Shown one piece after another: positions 60,449 to 64,000 of a DNA stretch of 64,000 nucleotides. The DNA comes from Sulfurimonas sp. Lineage in GTDB: Bacteria > Campylobacterota > Campylobacteria > Campylobacterales > Sulfurimonadaceae. Each line of letters opens with the position of its first letter. The stretch's first letter is position 1. Both the position numbers and the translations under genes were made by a program. The notes beneath the pieces were generated by a model that saw only the letters and a program-made list of their open reading frames with translations, made no database searches and had not been told where the DNA came from. The DNA is taken from positions 14,097 to 78,096 of the forward strand of contig JALWLL010000064.1 in NCBI GenBank assembly GCA_026996295.1, read 5' to 3'.

Positions 60449-60856
60449 TTACTCTGCTGCTGCTTCTGTTGCAGGAGCTTTTTCCTCTTTTACAGGAGCT
60501 TCTTCTTTTGCCGGTTCAGCTGCTTTTTGAGCTTTTTGAACTAACTGATTCCATGCTGTTATCTCACGGTTTGTATCGTACTTGATCGTTACAAAGCGAA
60601 GAAGATCTTCGTTGATACGGAAACGTCTTTCAATTTCTGAAATTGCAGAAGGAGCAACTGTGTAATAGATAACGTAGTAATAACCACGCTCATTTTTTTC
60701 AATAGGGTATGCTAATTTTTTCATGCCCATTGCGTTTGTTGCAGCTATTTCACCACCGTTAGAAGTAATGATGTCTTCCACAGCCTTAATGCTTGCTTGA
60801 ATCTCTTCTGCTGTAAATGTCGGTTTTACGATTACTAGGTTTTCGTAATTTCTCAT
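60449..60856 (-). CDS. rpsF: 30S ribosomal protein S6
   Basis: The ATG at 60856 follows AAGGAG and gives MRNYENLVIVKPT. The C-terminal tail is acidic and Ala/Glu-rich. The track start at 60925 is an upstream extension. Confidence 0.94.
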   Translation of the reverse strand: MRNYENLVIVKPTFTAEEIQASIKAVEDIITSNGGEIAATNAMGMKKLAYPIEKNERGYYYVIYYTVAPSAISEIERRFRINEDLLRFVTIKYDTNREITAWNQLVQKAQKAAEPAKEEAPVKEEKAPATEAAAE

Positions 60857-61097
60857 AGAGTATAATCTCCTTTTGGTATATCGCCGTAATGGCCTTGTTT
60901 CCCTTTCGGATATGTAATATATCACATCTCTTGTGATACAAAGAGAAAGGAACGCGCAATTATATAGAAAGTTTACTTAAAAAAAAGCAATTGTAAAGAT
61001 TTAGAGTTTAAATGTAGCGCGAGAATAATATGACATTTTGTCATGAAATGAAATTTTTAAATTATTTGAGGTATAGTTACAAAAATCTGGAGAATGT

Positions 61098-62078
61098 ATG
61101 GCAAAGAAAAGAAGAAAAAAAACGCATAAAAAGAGTTCAAGGTTTTTAACATATACTGTTTGGAGTTTGGCATCTGTAGCAGTGTTACTTGGGGTACTTA
61201 TAGGCGGATATTATTTTGGGTATAAAAAGGCTCAAGAGGATCTGGCAAAAACGCAAAATATCAAACAGGAAAAAAAGCTTGCCTCTTCAAAAAAAGAGCA
61301 AACACCAAGTGTGAACACAAGACTCAAAGAGGTTTTACAAAAAAACACAAACTCCCTGAGTGCTTCACATGAGTATGACACACAGAAGATAGATGAACTC
61401 TCATCTTCTCAAAGAGAAACTAAACTGATCACAACAAAAGCTAAACTGGCGATCATAATAGATGATGTTTCATTTAAAGCACATGTTAGCGCTATAAAAA
61501 ATTTACATATCCCTATCACCATGTCTTTTCTTCCTCCAAGTTCCAGACATCCAAGCTCAGCAAAACTTGCAGCCAAAGAGAGCTTTTATATGGTACACCT
61601 TCCCATGGAAGCGCAAAACTTTACCAAAGAGGAACCCTTTACATTGAGAGTGAGCGATTCAAAAGAAAACATTCTTGCTAGAGTCAAAGAGATCAAAAAA
61701 CTTTTCCCAAAAGTTACCTATATCAATAACCATACAGGGAGTAAGTTTACATCAAATGAGATTGCTATGAACAGACTTATCTTTGCTTTGAGAAATCAAG
61801 GTATCACGTTTGTAGATAGCCGCACTACTGCACAAACAAAGGCTCCTGAAGTTATGAAAAGCTATGGATATAAATATATGGCGCGTGATATTTTTTTGGA
61901 TCACCATACCGATAAAGACTACATAAAACAGCAAATAAAAAAAGCTGTTGAGATTGCCAAGTCTCATGGAACGGCCATAGCCATAGGACATCCCCATGCT
62001 AATACTCTTGCTGCATTGAGTGAATCGAAAGCTTTACTAAAAGATGTAGAGCTTGTATATATCAACGGCTTGTATTGA
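61098..62078 (+). CDS. Divergent polysaccharide deacetylase family protein (YibQ-like)
   Basis: A basic N-terminus and TM anchor are followed by LAIIIDDVS, HLPME, NNHTGSKFT, FVDSRTT and AIGHPH. Confidence 0.8.
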   Translation: MAKKRRKKTHKKSSRFLTYTVWSLASVAVLLGVLIGGYYFGYKKAQEDLAKTQNIKQEKKLASSKKEQTPSVNTRLKEVLQKNTNSLSASHEYDTQKIDELSSSQRETKLITTKAKLAIIIDDVSFKAHVSAIKNLHIPITMSFLPPSSRHPSSAKLAAKESFYMVHLPMEAQNFTKEEPFTLRVSDSKENILARVKEIKKLFPKVTYINNHTGSKFTSNEIAMNRLIFALRNQGITFVDSRTTAQTKAPEVMKSYGYKYMARDIFLDHHTDKDYIKQQIKKAVEIAKSHGTAIAIGHPHANTLAALSESKALLKDVELVYINGLY

Positions 62079-62081
62079 GTT

Positions 62082-62870
62082 ATGCCTGTTATCACTGAGC
62101 ACGTAACTGCACTGGAGGGGATGAAAAAGTACCCGCAAGAGCTTTTTTATGCGGGTAATGAAGCGCTTCTAAAAAGAGTAAAAGTCTCAATTATCGGCTC
62201 GAGAAGACCCTCAAAATATTCTAGAATGTGTACATTGACTTTGGCACAAAAACTCTCAAGCAGGGGTGTGTGTATTGTCAGTGGGGGTGCTATGGGTATT
62301 GATGCAACTGCACATAATGGTGCAAAAGCAGAAAACACCATAGCTGTTTTACCGTGTGGTATAGATATAAAGTATCCCGCAGTCAACAAAAATCTACTCG
62401 CTGAGATAGAGAAAAAAGGCTTACTTCTAAGTCAGTTCGCACCGGATTTTCGAGCTACCCCCTGGAGCTTTGTTGTTCGCAATGAGCTTGTTGTTGCTTT
62501 GGGTGATGTGCTGGTTGTGGCTGAAGCCGAGCTTGAGAGCGGAAGTATGAGAAGTATAGAGATAGCTCTTGAGATGGGCAAAAAAATATATGTACTTCCT
62601 CAGCGTCTTGGTGAGAGTGGAGCAACACAGATGCTCTTGCAAGAACACAAAGCAGAAGCTATTTATGATATAGATGCATTCACTGCCAAATTTCATACTG
62701 ATATTCAAGATGTATCGACTCAGGGCAACTTTTGTGAAGATGATTTTTTAATGTATTGTAAAAATGCTCCGACATACGATGATGCACTTAAAAAATTCCC
62801 AAACCGTCTTTTTGAAGCAGAGCTCAACGGTGATATTGAAGTTGTAAACGGAAAAGTTTTACTAAAATAA
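62082..62870 (+). CDS. dprA: DNA-processing protein DprA (Smf)
   Basis: The Rossmann-like core motifs are IIGSRRPS, VSGGAMGIDATAH and PWSFVVRNELV. Confidence 0.9.
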   Translation: MPVITEHVTALEGMKKYPQELFYAGNEALLKRVKVSIIGSRRPSKYSRMCTLTLAQKLSSRGVCIVSGGAMGIDATAHNGAKAENTIAVLPCGIDIKYPAVNKNLLAEIEKKGLLLSQFAPDFRATPWSFVVRNELVVALGDVLVVAEAELESGSMRSIEIALEMGKKIYVLPQRLGESGATQMLLQEHKAEAIYDIDAFTAKFHTDIQDVSTQGNFCEDDFLMYCKNAPTYDDALKKFPNRLFEAELNGDIEVVNGKVLLK

Positions 62871-62905
62871 TGTATAATAAAAAAAAACAACTAAAAGGTT
62901 GATTT

Positions 62906-64000
62906 GTGAGAGTTATCAATGTTTTGTATAATAACGAAGAGCAATTACAAAATTTTATAGAGCTAAACGGGCTAAAGAAATCTCAAAATATATTGGTACA
63001 GGTGTTTTGTGGAATTATTGATACCCGTGTCGCGCTTAGTATATCTTCATACATTAAAAAGCAACTTCCAAGTGCATCGGTGATAGGGACTAGTACAAGC
63101 GGTGAAATATATGAAGGCAAGATGTATGAAAATGAGGTGCTGATCTCCTTTAGTGTTTTTGATACGAGTAAGGTACAATCATGCATAGTAAATCTGGAAG
63201 ATTCACATAATCTTGAAAAAGAGATTGCAAAGATTGTTAATGATCAAACAAAAGCACTCATAGTTTTTAGTGATGGACTCACAAGCAATGCACAAGAGCT
63301 TTTAAATGTGTTTGCAAATATCAAAAGCGATATGATTATTGCCGGTGGACGAGCCGCAGATAATATAATGTTTGAAAAAACTTTCGTTTTCAATGACTCT
63401 TTTTGTTTGGAAAATGCCTGTGTTGTTGCATCGTTGAGTGGGGAGAACCTGATAGCTCAAAGTGAGTATATGCTTAACTGGAACCCCATAGGTAAAAAAA
63501 TGATTATCACAAAAGCAAAGGGCAATGTGGTAAGTGAGATAGATGGCATCAGGATTAAAAATATATATAAAAAATATCTTGGTGAAGATATTGCAGAGGG
63601 TATTCCTCGCACAAGTTATGAATTTCCCTTGTTAACTTGCAGAAACGGCACAAAAGTAGCACGCACACCAATTGGTGTTTTGCAAGACACTTCATTTCTT
63701 TTTAGTGGGAACTTGTATGAAGGCGAAGCTGTACAGTTTGCGTATGGTAGTATAGAGGATATGCAAAGCTCGTTGAGCAGCAACTACAGCAAGCTTCAAA
63801 ACTATCCGGCAGAGGCTTTATTTATATACTCATGTAGCGCAAGAAAAACATTGATGGGCAAAGCATTGGAAAATGAATTTTCTATGCTTAACACGCTTGC
63901 TCCAAGTGCTGGATTTTTTACATATGGTGAGTATTTGCACTCCTCAGAGATGAATGAGCTGCTTAATCTCACTACAACGGTTTTATTGCTCAGTGAGTCA
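62906..64000 (+). CDS. Second FIST-domain signalling protein, N-terminal part (3' end outside the window)
   Basis: This ORF is not in the supplied track because it has no stop codon inside the window. A GTG at 62906 follows AAAAGG. My translation reads RVINVLYNNEEQLQNFIE..ILVQVFCGIID..VIGTSTSGEIYEG..VLISFSVFD and later AGFFTYGEY. It parallels the FIST region of the 26416..28320 kinase. Confidence 0.7.
   Translation, partial: MRVINVLYNNEEQLQNFIELNGLKKSQNILVQVFCGIIDTRVALSISSYIKKQLPSASVIGTSTSGEIYEGKMYENEVLISFSVFDTSKVQSCIVNLEDSHNLEKEIAKIVNDQTKALIVFSDGLTSNAQELLNVFANIKSDMIIAGGRAADNIMFEKTFVFNDSFCLENACVVASLSGENLIAQSEYMLNWNPIGKKMIITKAKGNVVSEIDGIRIKNIYKKYLGEDIAEGIPRTSYEFPLLTCRNGTKVARTPIGVLQDTSFLFSGNLYEGEAVQFAYGSIEDMQSSLSSNYSKLQNYPAEALFIYSCSARKTLMGKALENEFSMLNTLAPSAGFFTYGEYLHSSEMNELLNLTTTVLLLSES

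Noticed and set aside
62879-62887. Homopolymer tracts as phase-variation switches. Examples are A9 at 62879-62887, T8 at about 11401 in lptD, T8 near 2864, and A8 in uvrB near 20815.
   Set aside because: No long poly-G/C tract exists in the window, and those are the usual contingency tracts in Campylobacterota. The A/T runs are short, lie in essential genes or intergenic DNA, and are expected by chance at this base composition.
1-64000. Scan for CRISPR arrays, IS elements or transposases, prophage blocks, restriction-modification, toxin-antitoxin pairs and known multi-gene defence systems.
   Set aside because: I saw no regularly spaced repeats, no transposase, intact integrase or phage structural genes, and no methyltransferase/nuclease pairs. 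The two small adjacent genes at 30452-30916 look like ZapB/ZapA-type coiled-coil division proteins rather than a toxin-antitoxin pair.

Overview
This is a dense, roughly 90% coding chromosomal segment, about 35-40% GC by eye. It looks like core genome of a Campylobacterota (epsilonproteobacterial) organism. The evidence for that placement is gene content and order. One conserved block is guaA, a structured RNA, purD, RDD, lptD and pnp. Another is cheY-prmA-ftsH-psd-like-pssA, the order I recall from Campylobacter jejuni. There is also a lone atpE, and rpsF-ssb-rpsR. I call 60 CDS (two truncated by the window edges), 3 tRNAs (Leu-GAG, Val-GAC, Arg-GCG), one candidate 6S RNA (the epsilonproteobacterial purD motif), three hairpin terminators and one set of phased direct repeats in a divergent promoter. 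I found no IS element, intact integrase, prophage block, CRISPR array or recognisable multi-gene defence system, so most of the window is ordinary housekeeping sequence. The parts most worth a second look are listed here. (1) A FIST-domain histidine kinase plus OmpR-type regulator lies divergent from an aldehyde dehydrogenase-DUF779 pair, with an 11-bp tandem repeat between them. (2) A single-gene NYN plus OST-HTH/LOTUS protein follows a TonB-receptor/PepSY pair. (3) A 904-aa predicted outer-membrane protein carries an HExxH peptidase-like head and is translationally coupled to hemD. (4) A soluble TlpD-like CZB chemoreceptor is clustered with a receiver and a PAS kinase. (5) A stand-alone HPt protein abuts an isolated trpA. 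(6) Several large uncharacterised envelope proteins are present. All functional calls come from motif recognition by eye. No database search was run.
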